DNA of 64,000 nucleotides from Protoeuglena noctilucae. Its lineage: Eukaryota. Position 1 is the first letter of the stretch; each line of letters starts with the position of its first letter. Below are positions 1 through 14,256 of this stretch, piece by piece. The DNA is taken from the NCBI GenBank assembly GCA_958009085.1, contig OY253685.1, positions 310,001 to 374,000 of the forward strand. The letters run 5' to 3'. The position numbers and the translations under genes were made by a program. The notes beneath the pieces were generated by a model. It searched no databases and was not told the DNA's origin. It saw nothing but the letters and a program-made list of their open reading frames with translations.

Positions 1-3000
1 GCAGTGGCGGAAGAGGAGGGCACCCCCGACTGGGCCAGCGCCAACACCGACCCATTCCGCGTGTCGCTGACACGGCACTTCCTCACGGGCGGCAACGAGC
101 GGCCGAGTTCGCCCTCATCTTACGCGCGATGGGACGGGAGCGGGGCGCTGGGGCAGGGAGAGGCGAGCGCGGAGCGGCCGGCTTCCCCACTGCTCCCGGC
201 CGCCTTCCTGGGTGGTGACGGGGCAGAGGACGCGCCCACGACCTCGTTGCCTGACCCTGGATCAGAGACAGCCACGGGGTGGGCAGCGACGGGGCGTGAG
301 GCACCGGCAGCTGCGGGGGCGACGGCGGGACTGGGGGTGGACGTGAGGGGGGCGTCGGCGTGGCGTTGGGGCGCGCAGGGGGCGGGGAGGAAGGAGGGCG
401 AGGGCGCGGGAGATGGCGACGTGGTTGGGGCCGAGGTGCAGCTGGTGGAGGAGATGCGATTGGAGGACCCCAAGGTCCGCGACGAGGGGCTGAGGAGGGC
501 GCGGTCGCAGGCGAGTGGAAAGGGAGGGTTTGACTCCTGGTTGGAGAATGACAGGGGAAGTGTAGCTGGCGGTACTGCGTTATGTCACGTGGTGAGCCTG
601 CTGTTTCTTGTGGTCCAACACCCCCTGCCGAGCACCTGTCAACAATGATGAGAGGGCCACTCAACCCGCACATGCTTTCCGGTCCTCCGCAGACCTTCAT
701 CATGACGCCCCCGGCGTCCCCCGGCTTCCTCCGCCTCTCCGCCCAGCAACTCAACTACGTGGCCCAGGCCGATCCCGCCGACGCGTCGCCAGAGCGCGTG
801 CCAGAAATGCAGGGGGACCTCTACCCCGGGACAGGCGCCCTGGACCCCGCCCGGCTGCTCCCCGACTCGGCGCAAGGCTCGCGCGCCTCGCCGACGGGGG
901 TGATTAGCAGAGGACACCCCACCGCCTGGCGACGCCCGATGTCAGCATCCAGCCTCAGCCCCACCCGCCACGCCTGGCCGGCGTCGGCCCCCGTCCGCAG
1001 CCGCGTCCCCGCTCCGTCCCGCCCCTTACCCGACGTGACCCTGGGCGCCGTCGACGGGGCCGCCAGTCTGACGGACGTGGCGGTGCCAGAGAGCGCCAGT
1101 CCCATGGGCAGCGATGCGGACGCCGCTGACACGCGCACACCCGACAGCCAGGGACAAGAGATGGACGGTTTCGGTGACGTGGCTGGGCCCATGGCTGCCC
1201 AGTCACGGCCGCAGTCGTCCGGCGGCCCACGGTCACGGGCAAGGGCCCTGCAGTCGCAGTGGGACCGGGGGACTGCCTCGCCGAGCGCCGTGGAGTCGCT
1301 GCAAGGGGAGGGGATGGGCGGTACGGAGGGAGTGGGTGTGGTGGGAGGAGCGGTGGGGCGCGGTGGGGGGGCGTCCCGACTCAGGCGCCCCTGGTCTGCG
1401 GCGGCAGTGGTGGACCGGGAGAGGAGTCGGGAGAGCGCAGACCACAAAGATGCAGCGGGGGGTAACGGTGAGGGGCGTGGCAGGACGACCGAGTGCTTTC
1501 CTTGCTGACTCCGCCCAATCTCTTCCCTCTGTCATTCCCATCCATCTGCGCCGCCCCCGCAGTCGCCGCAAGCGCCTTCCGGCCCCGTTCAGCCCAGCGC
1601 CCCGCCCCAGCAAAGACCTCCGGCGATGCATCCCCGTCCGCTCTGTCCAGGCACCCGTCCTGGCCCCATCGAGCCCCACACCGCGCGAGCCAGGCAGGGG
1701 CCACCACCTCACCACCTCGGGCCAGAAGCCCCCCGGCGTTCGGACTCGCATCGGCGCTGTCACCGAAGGAGAGACCTGGCAGCGGGGGCATCCAACGGGG
1801 GATCGAGACGGAAAGGATTGAGGGGCGCGGTCCGATGCGAGTGTCGGCGGCGAGCGTGCTGGAGGGCGAGGGGGCGCGGGTGGGGGACGCAGGGGGCCCC
1901 GTGGAGGGTGGAGTGAGGACGGGGGTGACAGCAGAGCGAGAGATGGGGCAGCCTGATCGGGGCTCGCCGGGCCGTGGAGTGGGCCGGCAGGAGGGGGGCT
2001 CGTCAGGGCATCCAACGGGGAAGGGAGATGGCAAGGGGGAGGGGGTCCCGCAGGATCGGCCGGGGCGCGGGCAGCCGGGCGCGGAGATGGGCTGGGACGA
2101 GCGGCAGCGTGCGATGCGCGCCGGTGCGCAGTCGCCACCCCGGGCGGGCCGCGCTGGCGCCGGTCCGTCCCAGGGCGACCGTCGCGTCGGTGCGGCCAAG
2201 GGCGACTCGAAGCCCCAAGAGTCGCTTTCGGAGGACAGCCCCGCGCGGTATGAGCTGTCGGTGCGCCTGCATTCGGCGGGGAGCCTGGCCGGGTGGCTGT
2301 TTGACGTCTATGTGACGGACCTGACTCAGCCACGGCACGGCACGGTGCGCGTGGCGGGGGCGGTCCCCGTGGACCCCCGCACCAACACCGTCCTGGTGCC
2401 GACCGGGCGGAGTGCGACAGCAGCGCCTGTGGAGCGCGGGGCCCCGCTGCTGGGTCTGCGTGCGCGGCCCGAGTCGGCGGTCGGGGTGCGTGGCGTAGGG
2501 GAGGACCTGAGCCCCGTCCTGGACCCCACGAGGCTGCTCCCGTGGGTACAGCGGCCGAGGGACCTCGCCAGGTGACCTGGATGCAGGGCAGGGCCACGTC
2601 ATGCCAGGAGAGAGCGGCTTGGAGTAATGCCAAGAGTTGCTGTCCGTGTGTGACCTATGCTACTTTGGCCAACCTGGCTTGCACTCGCTCACCGCGTCGG
2701 CTTCCTCGTGATTGCAGTAGCGTGCTGCGGGTGGAGGTGGTGGCCGTGGCACCCCACCACCGCAAAGTCGCCACGCTCGAGGTGTCGTGCGGTGACAGGG
2801 TGCGCGTGGCCCCTCAGGCGCGCGACCTGCTCCCCGAACTGTCCACTGGGGACGTGCCCCTGCCCCCGGGACTGTCGCAGCACCTGGCTCACAGGAGGTG
2901 AGGCCTGACACTACATGATCCTGAACGGCTGCCTGGTTTTTAGGGATAAACGTGTTTGGCACGCACATGGACGGGACGATGGAGTGAAGGGCTTCTCGTC

Positions 3001-4670
3001 TTGATTCAATCGATGACATTCATCGCAGGTCGAGCAACGCGTACGCGGCGGCTGCCGAGTCAGCCACTCCCCGCCGCGCCGCGTCGACCCACGCCGCCGG
3101 CCCTGCGCTCTCGAGGCCGCCCGCCAAGTCCGACCGGCCCCTCACATCGGCGAGGAAGACCCGGAAGAAGGCCGAGGGGGAGGTCGCCCTGGAGAGCCAG
3201 GCGAGGCTTTGAGTTGCAGTCGTGTGCTGAGGGCCGTTGAGTGCAGCTTCTCATACACCTAGGCATCGATATACATGCAAAGCCGCCGTGTCGCTCTGCT
3301 AGACGACAGACACCGCCTGCCTTGTCCCTGCAGGCTCCCTTCTCCATCACGCGCATGGGCCCGTCCTCGCCACCCCGCACAGCGGACCAAGGGCAAGCCC
3401 CGGTGCAGATCGCACGTGCCCCTCTCAGCCCCTCCCCGGCCGTCGAGAGGTGGACTCCTGACTCGGGCACCACGGCGGGACCGAGTGTCCCGGCCGGCGG
3501 CGCCCTGGGCAGGACGCGCGTTTCTGGCAAGACGGCGCTGGCGGACGGCGACGATTCCATCGACATGGCACCGTCGCCCATGCCGAGCGGGCCAGCAGAC
3601 GCACCCTCGACGGGGCTGCCCCCCCGCCCGTTGTCGGCGGCGGCGGCGGTGCGGCCGAGAGTCTCAGGCGCGGACTCTGCCGTCTCCCGGCTGGGCTCCG
3701 TGGGCGGAGAGGAGGTGCGTGGCGCTTTCAATGAAGGCGGCAGGACAAGGGGCAGCTCGTGTGACCTGCCTGGACAGGCGCGCGCTTGCAGCGACTGCAT
3801 CCACACCTCACCTCTGCTGACTTCGCGCCCCCAGGTGCACGCCACTGCGCCAAACCTCTCAGAAAGCCTTCGCAACCGTCGCCCGAGCACTGCGCCGTAC
3901 CGGTCAGCGCCACAGGGCCCGCAGCCTGCGAATGGCGCGACGGCAGACGACCCTGCTTTGCTGCAGCCTCCGTCGCCAGGCGCCACTGCCAAGGGGGGTG
4001 CCAGAAACGGCAACGGTGCCTTGCCTGGGCTCCCCGCGCACCGAGGGGCCAAGTCCTCGCTGCCGCTCGTGCCGAGGACGGCTTCAGGGTCGTCAAAGGG
4101 GGCCCGGGCAAGTCTGGGTGGCACATCGGGGCGGCAGGTGCTGTCGGCGCAGCCGGGGGCCAAGGACGGGCGCCTGGGGCGCGATGGGTCGTCTGGGAGA
4201 GAAACACTAGTGAAGAAGAGGAGTGGCGAGATGACGGCAGCGGGAGCAGGAGAGGGGGATGCGGGGGCGGGGCTAGTGAGGGTGGCGAGCGTCCGTGCTC
4301 AGAAGGGAGCGGCCGGGGTGCAACGGAGGGCCGGGGCACCTTCCGAGAGCGGCGGTGTCCGCGAGGGGCAGGGCCGAGCGCCGGCGAGCAAGGGCCCTGC
4401 ACCCTCGCAGCGCCTGCCTGCGCGTGCTGCCAGCGCTCTGGCGGCAGTAACGGCGGGCGACTGGCAGGGATGGGGTACGGATGGCGACGACCAGGGGCCG
4501 GCACGATTCGAATTCAAATCGACGCCGCCACGCAAAGCAGGTGAGATGGCGTTGGGCAAGCGCTTGCGTGGCTTGGCTTGACACGAGGCGCGGTCACTGA
4601 CTCCTAGTTCAACACCTTGCACTCAGCCACGAGGACGGGGGCGGCGGATTTCAGGCTCGATGGGTGGTAG
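1..4670 (+). CDS. 5'-partial multi-exon gene, large low-complexity protein of unknown function
   Basis: ORF pieces can be spliced in phase (introns e.g. 2899-3028, 3201-3333 GC-AG, 3716-3834, 4541-4626) to a TAG at 4668-4670. One globular-looking block (RYELSVRLHSAGSLAGWLFDVYV...VLRVEVVAVAPHHRKVATLEV) at ~2245-2880. No family recognised. Confidence 0.5.
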
Positions 4671-4782
4671 CGGATGCGAGATTCATAGAGGGAATGGCCG
4701 GATCGCGATGCTGTGATGCACGCGTTGTGTAGACATTGCTGTTGTGGCCCATGCCAGGCCGGGTAGCAGCTATGAGTAGCAG

Positions 4783-6066
4783 TCAGTCGGCGGCGGTCCC
4801 TTTGGCGCGCACGTAGTCAGTGAGGCGCATCATGCGCACGAACTTGCGGTAGATGCCCGGGTTGATGTCCGCGACGAGGCTGAGGGGCGGTCGTTTTCCA
4901 TGGCGCGCCGCGTAGGCATCCAGCCACGTCATGATCTCCCGCTTGATCGCCACGAGCTCGACCATGGCGCCCTGCAACTCAGCACGACGCTCCTTATCGC
5001 GTCAAGGCACAGAGATGACTCGGCAACGACACGGCACCGCCATGGCAAAGCAAAGCACGAAGGACTCGCCTCCGCCACCAACTCGTCCCACTCAGAGCTC
5101 TTCGGATCACGCTCCGTGCCCTGCCACTCCGCCACGTCCCGCTGCCGGCGCTGGAGCTCCTGCGGACCCACAAAGCACCCGGATGGCCGTCACCCATGCA
5201 CGTGCACCCGACAGCCCCGCATCCCTGACCAGAGCACCCGGCCGCACCTTCGCCAGCCTCTGCTCCTCGAAGTAAGCCATGACGCTGCGCTTGATGGCCA
5301 GCTTGTGCTCCAGACTCTTCGCCTGGCCCTTGCGAGGCCCCGGCCGGGCCCCCGGCACCCGTGCCCGGCGCGGGGGGACGGGCCTGGCCCGGTCCGCGAT
5401 GCCCAGCGCTCTCGCCACGCGCACCGACGCGTCCTCCGGCCCGCCATCCTCCGACAGCAGGGCACCCAGCGCAAGGCGCTTGGCCAGCAGGCGCGTGCGG
5501 AGTCGCTTGGCAGCAGGCGCCGAGTAGCTCTCGGGCGGCCCCCGCAGCTCGAAGTTTGCCGGGTTGACGACGCCTAGCGCCCCTTTCTCTGCACTTTCGC
5601 CGCTGGTCTCCCTCCCACCACCCTTGGGTAACACCTTTGCTGCTCGACTGCCTGGTGCCGCCCCCGTGGCCCGCCCTTGCCTCCTCCCGTCCCCCGCTGC
5701 CACTGGTTCGGACCCGTCCGCACCAACGTCCTTCCTCCCTCGATTCCGGGGCTTCTTCGTCCGCATCGCGGGTAGTTCGCGGTCAATGGACGGACCCAGA
5801 CCTGGTCGCCCAGCAAGCCGCTTCTTGGGCGGCTTTTCGCGGCCCTTGCGCACCGCTCCATCTACCTTGGGAGCGTTTGCGGCGACGGGGTTCACTCCCT
5901 TCACCTGCCCTGCCCGAACGACGCGCGCAGGCGCGGGTGTGCGGGCGCGTGGTGGCAGTGCTCCATCGCCAGCGCCACGCTGCGCGCCATCCCCTCGGTC
6001 AGACGCGTCGGCTGTCGCGCGCGCTCTCCATGTGCGCCGCTCCCCTTGGTTTCCCCTCGCCACCAA
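4783..6066 (-). CDS. Hypothetical protein with helical C-terminal domain (KREIMTWLDAYAARHGKRP...IYRKF, FAM13A C-terminal-like); start uncertain
   Basis: Three exons splice in phase 0 (EEQRLAK|ELQRRQ...ELVAE|GAMVEL); TGA at 4783-4785. Domain resemblance is from memory only. Confidence 0.5.
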
Positions 6067-6540
6067 ACGCGGAGGCCTGCGTGGATAAAAAAGCCTCCGT
6101 GCTTCGTCTGCTGCGCGCCAGAAGCCATGTACTGCTTCGCGACGCAGTCATGTCACACGCTACGCGTCGTCCTCACCTTGCGAAGACCGGCCGGGTGCGC
6201 GAGGCCAGGGGGGTGCAATGGACGCACCACTGGGCCATCCACGCGCGTCCACCACAACCCATGCGTTCCTCTCGTCGATCTCCACCGCGCTCGCACCTTG
6301 TCCACGTCGGAAAGCGTGGGAAAGCATTTACCCTACCCGGGCCAGAATCTGCCGTGCGCTTTTCCGGAGCGTCACCAGTTGGCGGGGCGGAATGTCATCG
6401 CCCATCGCCGCCCTCGTCGCTGTCCTCGCATTCTTCGCTGCTTGCTTGGAGATCGCGAGAGAAGCGCGACCGCGGTCTCAGGGCCCTCCCGAGCCGCGGG
6501 CCCGTGGCAGGGTGGCCCGCTGGAATTCGTCCGCGGGACC

Positions 6541-8492
6541 ATGGTGAAGCGGGGGTACGCGGAGGGGGTGGAGGGGCTGGAGGATGGCGCAAGGGGCCCG
6601 GGGTCGCCATGCCCGGCCTTTTACCCGTCCAAGGCCGAGTTCTCACGTCAGTTCGCGGGCTGGGTGCGGCAGAAGTTCCGGGAGCACCCGGACCTCCCGA
6701 TGCTGCGCGTGGTGCCCCCCGCGGGCTGGTCGCCCTCCCGAAAGAGGTTTCCGGACCTCAAGTGAGTGTCGGTGCAGCTCTTTGGACGTCATTCAATGCC
6801 TCGCCCGTCCCCCCGGGATGCGTCCACCCACGCCGCGCCTTGCCTCGAGCCGCGATGCAGGTCGGTGACCATCGCCACGCCCATCAAGCAGCGCGCGCTG
6901 CTCGGGACGTCCAAGGGCAACTTCCAGTGCTACCTGACGGAGGAGAAGGAGCTCACGGCACACGACTTCCGGCGACTCGCGGACTCTGAGGCCTACCGGA
7001 TGCCGCAGAAGGTGCAGGACAACGAGGACCTGGTGGAGCGCGCGTTCTGGTCCTCGCTGACAGGTGACGCGCATGGGACAGCGTTCTTTGGCGCGGAGCG
7101 CATCTCGCGAGGCCGCGCAGGCCCGCGTGGGGTCCCGCTGCGGCCCGCAGCACGGACACCTCGTCACGTGGTCCTCTCTGCCCTCGCAGTGAACCCCCCC
7201 ATCTACGGGGCCGACACGCCGCAGTCGTTCTTCGACGAGAAAATTCCGTGGGGCTGGAACCTGCGCAATCTCTCGGGCGACCTCCTGCGCAAGGCGCGCC
7301 TCCCGGAGGTGGTTGGCGTGACGACGCCCATGACGTACTGGGGCATGTGGCGCGCCTTCTTCTCGTGGCACGTGGAGGACAAGGACCTGTACTCAATCAA
7401 CTACCTCCACTTCGGCGCCCCCAAGATGTGGTATTGCATCCCGCCCTCGGCGCGGCACAAGTTCGAGGAAGTGTGCCAGAACCTGTTCCCGGAGAACTTC
7501 GAGCAGTGCCCGGCCTTCCTGCGGCACAAGAACATCATGCTGTCGCCGGCCCAGCTCCGGCAGTGGAGCATTCCCTACGTGACAGCAAAGCAGAGGCCGG
7601 GGGAGTTCATCGTGCTCAACTCGGGGGCTTACCACTGGTGAGCGCCGGCGGCATGCCTGACAGGCGTGATGTGGGCTCGCAGGGCTTCACGCGATAGGGC
7701 AGCTGACGGCGCTGCGTCTGCATCGCCCTTTCATCGGACGTGCGCACCCGCCCCGTGCCCGCAGCGGGTTTAACCTCGGGTTCAACTGCGCGGAGGCGAT
7801 CAACTTCGCCACGCCCGAGTGGATCCCCCTAGGCCGCGTGGCGGAGGTGTGCGAGTGCAAGCCCGACACGGTGCGCATCGACATGCGCAAGTTCAAGCAG
7901 TGGTGCCCGAACTGGGACGATCTCTACGTGAGCGGCGAGGACACCGAGTCCGACAGCGACGAGGAGGGGGACTCGGAGGAGGGGAGCCGCGGGGGGCGGC
8001 GGTCGGGGGCCACGAGCGACACGCAGGCGCTCGACTCCCGCGCCGAGTCGGGGTCGACCGCGTCGTCTTCGGGGGAGGAGGTGAGAACGAGCGAGGAGGT
8101 TGGTGGTGCCTAGTAGTGTGGGGCTGAGCAGAGGGCGATCTGCGATTCTCCGGCCTCTGCAGAGCGACGGGGAGGGGGCCCGTCCGTCCAAGCGGCCGCG
8201 GACATCTCGAGGGCGGGGGGCGAGTGCGGGGCGTGGCGGGAGGGGGAGCGGGGAGGCGCAGGGTCGGGGGAAGGGGAGCGGGGAGGCGCAGGGTCGGGGG
8301 AGGGGCCGGGGGTCGCCCAAGGGCGGGTCGTCGGGGGGCAAGGGCAAGGGTGCCGCGGCGGCGTCGGGGGAGAAGAAGGGGCGCACGAGCATGTTCTCCA
8401 CGGCGCTGACCCGCATCTACGAGGCCTTCCTGTCCCGCAAGAGCAACACACGCCGGACGCTGCGGCAGCGCCGCCTGGCCATGAAGAAGTAG
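6541..8492 (+). CDS. JmjN+JmjC histone lysine demethylase (KDM4/JMJD2-like), 5 exons; start may lie further upstream
   Basis: JmjN-like CPAFYPSKAEF...RVVPPAGW; JmjC PPIYGAD, FSWHVEDKDLYSINYLHFGAPKMWY, FLRHK, YHCGFNLGFNCAEAINFA (HxE...H iron ligands). Introns 6762-6860, 7064-7189, 7638-7764, 8081-8162. Confidence 0.92.
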
Positions 8493-8933
8493 TTCTCTTT
8501 TGTTTGTCCAGCTCGCCTGAGCGTGCAGCTTTGACCCCGCTGTCGTGGCGCAGCAGTAAGCGTATTCTTCCCAGGATCTTGAAAGTTTTGGTCCATCAGA
8601 AAAGTGTGTACCCGCAAGTTGGACCAAAAAGAGGTCGAAGGAGCCTTTTGGGCCCGCAGCTGCGTTCCATAGGCTAATATTCGCGCAAGCGTCGTGACTG
8701 CATTCCATTCGGGGGCCCAGATCGGCCGGAAAACGTTTCGGAAATCTCTTGAGGCCCGGCCGTCCCGTGCCTTGCCGCCATGTCGGGCGGCAGGACGGAC
8801 TACGTCTTATCATACGATGCACAAGGGGCGGGGCACTTCGATGACGGCCTCCACGACGGGCCTGACCCGACGGGGGTCAGCGAGGGCCAAAGGGCGAGTC
8901 GCAGGGGGCCACCGCATTTGCAGTAGCTAGAGG

Positions 8934-11900
8934 ATGACTGTACGATTGCTGCGGCCTCCTTTTCCGGAAGATCGGCGAGCCCGGTCTCACGGGGAGGGGC
9001 CCGTCAAGGTCGTGTCTCCCGCCATCTCGCCGCGATCCATCCGGGCCCGAACTCGAGCATTTGGAGCGCCGCGCATCTGTTGTGACCGCAACGCCACGAG
9101 CCGATTGGAATCCACCCCCGTTCCCGCGGTTCCCACCCCACGCAGGTCAAGGTGCGCCTGCGGGTGCAGTTCATGACCGAGTGGGGCCAGCGCGTCGTCA
9201 TGATCGGAGAGGGACCGCTTTTGGGCGACTGGGATCCGCACCACGGATGGAAGGCGCGTAGACGCGGCATGCGCGCGGCCCTCGGGCGCCCGCACGCGGC
9301 GCAACCGACATGATCGCCTTGGCAGCGTCCCTGACACGCTTGTCGCTTTGCGTGTCGCAGATGGAGCCCGTGCACCTCAAGTTCCCGTCCGCGCGAGATG
9401 GAGAGACGGATCAGGCCCTGTGCTGGCAGACCGAGGTGCCCGTGGCCCAGGGGGCCGAGATTCGCTACCAGTACCTCGTCCTGGACTCGCACGGGCAGGC
9501 CGTGCACCGGGAGTGCCAGCGGCGGAGCGTGCGCATACCGCAGAACGCATCGCCGGGGGACATCGGTGCGTGCGCACCACACGGGTGCACGAGATGACCG
9601 ACGGGGTGCCCTGCCAGTGGCCTCCCACGGCGCCCACCCGCTCGCCCGCAGTGGAGATTCGCGACGCGTGGCTGGATCGATCCGCGGAGCACCACATCCT
9701 GACCAAGGCCGCGTTTTCCGACGTGATCCTCCGCCGCCCGCGCCCGCCCCCGTCCGACCCCGCCCCCGCCCCGCGGCCCGAGCGCGGCGAGGTGGTCGTG
9801 CGCTTCCGCATCGCCACGCTCGTGCTGCTCCCCGGCCAGGAGATCTACGTCACGGGGTCGGCCCCGCAGCTGGGGTCGTGGGTATCCGACATGGCCCTGC
9901 CGCTGTCCGAGACGGCCTCGCCCTACTGGGAGGTCGAGCTGACGCTGCCGCTGTCGGCGCTGGCGGGACCGGGCGTGACGTACCACTACGCGATCCGCAC
10001 GGGCGGGCCCGAGCCGATGGTGCACGAGACGGGCAACGCGCGCCGGCTGTGCATGGAGGACCTGAAGGACACGGGTGCGTGGGTGGGGCGCACTGGCATG
10101 GCGAGGCTAGCGTGGCTAGTTTGCCGCGAACAAGGACTGTAGAGTGCGTGCGTTACGAGGCCGGCGTGCACTTCAGAGGACTGGGCGAGGGCATCGCATC
10201 CTGCCTCGCCGCCCCCGCAGCCCCCTCCGACCCGTCCGTCAGCAAGACGCGGCTGCCGTCCGTCCTGGTCTGCAACGACGGCCACTTCCGCCACCCCGCC
10301 CAGTGGCGCGGCGCAGGCGTCTCCGCGCCCCTCTTCTCCCTCCGGTCCCGCCGCAGCCTCGGATGCGGGGACATGGGCGACCTCTGCAAGCTGGTCGACA
10401 TGTGCAACAGCTGCGGCTTCAAGATCCTGCAGCTCCTCCCCATTAACGACACCAGCGTCTACCGCACCTGGCGCGACTCTTACCCCTACGCCTGCAGTGA
10501 GCAGCGCAGCGCAGGGCACCCTGCGCCCCCGACCCTGCCATGAAGATTGCTCCCGCAGCCGCAGCCGCACCCACCCCGCCGACACTGACCCCTGCCTTGC
10601 TCCCCCCGCAGTCTCCGTGCACGCCCTGCACCCGCTGTACCTCTCGATGGACATGCTGCTGGAGCGGTGTCACTCGGACCTGACTCAGTGCGCCCGCCAA
10701 GCTGGCACCGGGGGACTGCGGCACAGCACGGACGAGTACGGTGCCGGCGGGTCAGGGCTCAAGGCGCAGGACGGGAGGGTGGGCGTGCAGCGGCGCTCGC
10801 ACCGGGACGTGTGGGAGAGTCTGAGGGGGGCGGGAGGGCGCATGTCTGCGAGGGGCCAGGAGCGACCTGAGGGGACCAGGCGGGGCGCCAAGGTGGAGTG
10901 GTCCGCGGTGAGAGGGCGCGGGCAGCTAGGGCGTGGCGTGCCGCGTCGGGCAAGTGAGGCCTGGCTGGGTCGCCGGTGGCTCGCCGACCCACTCGCCCAG
11001 GTTTTGGGTCTCATCATCGCTGCCACAGGTGCAGCTGGCAGTCATGGGCCCATCTCGCGTGCTCACCCGTCTTGTCTCCCTGCCTCTCAGGTGGAGTTGG
11101 CCATGGACCCCGTGGTGGTGCCTGCGGGGGGCGAGTGCACGGTGGAGGACTTCATGCGCTTCCGTCTCGAGCTGGACCAGGAGCTGGACGCGAAGAGGGC
11201 CGAGCTGGACCTGCCCGAGGTCGATTACGAGGTAAGGAGGCGGCATGGGGTGCACCGGGTGTGTCTGGTGGGGCAGGTTAGTGCACGCATCCTCACCCTG
11301 CCCAAGGTCCGTCACTGGCTCCCATCCATCAAGGTCACTCGCCCCGTTCAACTGACCTCTCCCAATCCTCCCCGCAGGCGACCATGACGGCCAAGATGGC
11401 TGCGGCACGCCGCGTGTTCGACACGTGCGGGGCGGCCGTGATGTCCACCCCCGCCTTTGCCGACTGGTTCCGGGACAGCGCGCCGTGGCTGCGACCCTAC
11501 GCGGCCTTCTTAGCCCTGCGCGACATCTTTGGCACCGCGGAGCACTGGCGGTGGGGCGCCCTCGCCACCCCCACGCCCGCCGACATCAACCGCCTGACCT
11601 CCCCCGCCGCCGCCCACTACCGCGCCGTCGCCTTCACCTTCTTCCTCCAGTACCACCTCCACCTGCAGCTCAGGTGACGCGCGTGACGACGCTACACGGG
11701 CGTGGGCTCCCACGCAGCCCCGCCCTTCTGGAAGGGCCTCGACTGCCAGCAGCCGCCTTCTGCACTAACGTTCGCCCGTCGCCCCGCATTCACTCGCACC
11801 ACACCCTCCCCACCCCGACTTTGACCCTCTCTCCCTCCCAGCCACGCCTCCCATCACGCCGAGGCCTCCCACGTGGCCCTCAAGGGCGACCTCCCCATCG

Positions 11901-14256
11901 GCGTGGAGAGGCGCTCCGTGGACGTGTGGGTCCACCCCCACCTCTTCCGCACCCATGTGTCCCTCGGGGCGCCCCCCGACTACTTCAACGCCTCCGGACA
12001 GAACTGGGGCTTCCCCGGCTACCACTGGGACGCCATGGCACGCGACGGGTACCGGTGGTGGCGCGCGCGGCTGGGGTGCATGGCCCGCTACTTCCACGCC
12101 TACCGCATCGACCACGTCCTGGGATTCTTCCGCGTGTGGGAGATACCGGCGGGGGAGGTGAGCGGGGCGTTGCTGTGTGCGGCAGGCGAGGCGGTACGCG
12201 TGGGGCGTGGTGGGGGCGTGCGAGGGGGTGGGGGTCTTGCTAGCTTAATGAGGGTACTTGAGCACGTGCTGCGTGATGCTTGGGGTGCTGGAACACGGAA
12301 GGTCCAGGCCACTCTGCAACCGCCAACCCCCTCCACCTCGCCCCTGCTCGCCCCGGCCACGCAGGTCACGGGGATGCTCGGCCGCTTCCGCCCCGCGCTC
12401 CCTCTCACCCCGGACGACCTGCGATCGGCGGGGTTCGACCCCAGGGACCCCGCGGACGTTGCCAGACTGGCGGACCCCCACGTGTCAGAAACGGCGCTGG
12501 CGGAGGCGTTCGGGGGCGACGAAGCGCTGCTGGCAGAGGCGAGGGACAAGTACCTGGAGTGGGTGCCGAACGGGGCGGGGGGAGCAGTTGCGGGGGGCGC
12601 GGCAGCTGCGGCAGCTGCAGTGGGCGCGGCAGTGGGGACGAGTGGCGCGGGGCGGTGGGCGCTGCGGCCGCAGTGGTGCTCGGAGGAGCGGCTCAAGAGC
12701 CTGCAGGGCCCGCTCGCGCTGCGTGACGGCCTCATGCGCCTCCGCCAGAACGTGCTGTGCGTGCGGGACCCCGACAACCCAGACAAGCTGCACCCGCGGT
12801 GAGGGCCGGGTGCAGACAAACCCACTTCATCTCTGCGCCCGTGTCGTGCTGCGTCATCCTGTAAACCTCACCTGCAACAGCTGAGGATGCACGAGCCTTA
12901 ACCGTACACCCTGCCACCCTCCCTCACCCCACCTGGCCCCGCCCCACTCCCAGCATCGGCCTCGACGCCACAGAGTCTTTCCGCGCCCTGCCTGAGACCC
13001 AGCAGGACGCCCTGCGCCGCCTGCACGACGCCCACTTTTTCGAGAGGCAGGAGCGCGTGTGGCGCAGGCAGGCGCACGCCACCCTCCCGGCGCTCCTCGA
13101 GGCCAGCAGCATGCTGGTGTGCGGGGAGGACCTGGGCATGATCCCAGGTGAGGCCAGCAGCATGCGTGCTTGAGTGCGGACAGGACCCACACACCATCTC
13201 ACCTGCGCGCCACTCTCTGCCCTCTCGCCCTCAGCGTGCGTGCCCCCCGTGATGCACGAGCTGGGCGTGGTGGGCTTGCGCATCCAGCGCATGCCCTTCA
13301 AGCAGGGAGAGGAGTTCGCGCACCCCAAGGATTACACCTACATGACCGTGTGCCAGCCCACGTGCCATGACGTGGTGCCCGTGAGGTGAGGGGCGATGAC
13401 TGACGCAGTCCGTTCCTGGCCTCCGGCAATCAGGTAAATTACTTACATCTGAGTGGTTAAATAGGTCCCATGCATCACCACTGCAACTTTGCTTCGACTC
13501 CTGACCACCCCGGCCCCCTGTCCCGCCCCAGGCTGTGGTGGGAGGAGGAGCCTCGCCGCACGGCGCGGTTCGCCTGGCAGATGTTCAAGCTTTGCGACGT
13601 CCCCGACAAGTGCAACCCGGACGTGCTGCAGCTCATCGTCAAGCAGCACCTGGACTCGCCCTCGGTGCTGTGCATCCTCCTCATCTCCGACGTCCTTGCC
13701 CTCATCCCCACCTACGCGGGGAGGTGAGGCGCGGTGCTTAGAGACCTGGCACGGCGCTGATCTGCGGGGATGCTGTAGAGGTGCACAGTACGCAAGCGGA
13801 TTGGTGTAGAGAGGATGCCCCACGGCGCCTCCCTTGCAACCCATCGCGACCCCACCCAGTACTGCCTTAGGTCCCACTGCAACTGAACTCGACTGACCTC
13901 TCGGTGTCCTCAGGGACGCCCGGGAGGAGACCATCAACGACCCCACCAACCCCCACCACTACTGGCGCTACCGCATGCACGTGCCCCTGGAGACGCTCCT
14001 GGATGACGACTGCTTCATCGGGGACGTGCAGGAGATTTTGTTCGGGTCGTCGCGCATCGCCGCCGAGGACGTGCGCAGGTTCTGGGAGGAGCGGGAGGCG
14101 GGGCAGATGAAGCGGAACAGCTACCCAGGGACCATCCAGTCGGTGGATGTGGGAGGGAGGGGCGCGGCGGGCGGGGCCAGGGGGGGCGTGGTGGTCGGGA
14201 GCGCGGGGGCGGTGGAGGGGGAGATGATGGGGTCCCTGGGGGCTGCCAGAAGCTGA
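8934..14256 (+). CDS. DPE2: 4-alpha-glucanotransferase DPE2 (two CBM20 domains + GH77), ~14 exons
   Basis: CBM20 motifs (FMTEWGQRVVMIGEGPLLGDWD; GQEIYVTGSAPQLGSW); GH77 motifs WRGAGVSAPLFSLRS, QLLPINDT, LKGDLPIGV, GAPPDYF, GQNWGFP, YRIDHVLGFFRVWEIP, CGEDLGMIP, TCHD, INDPTNPHHYWRYRMH. Confidence 0.95.
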
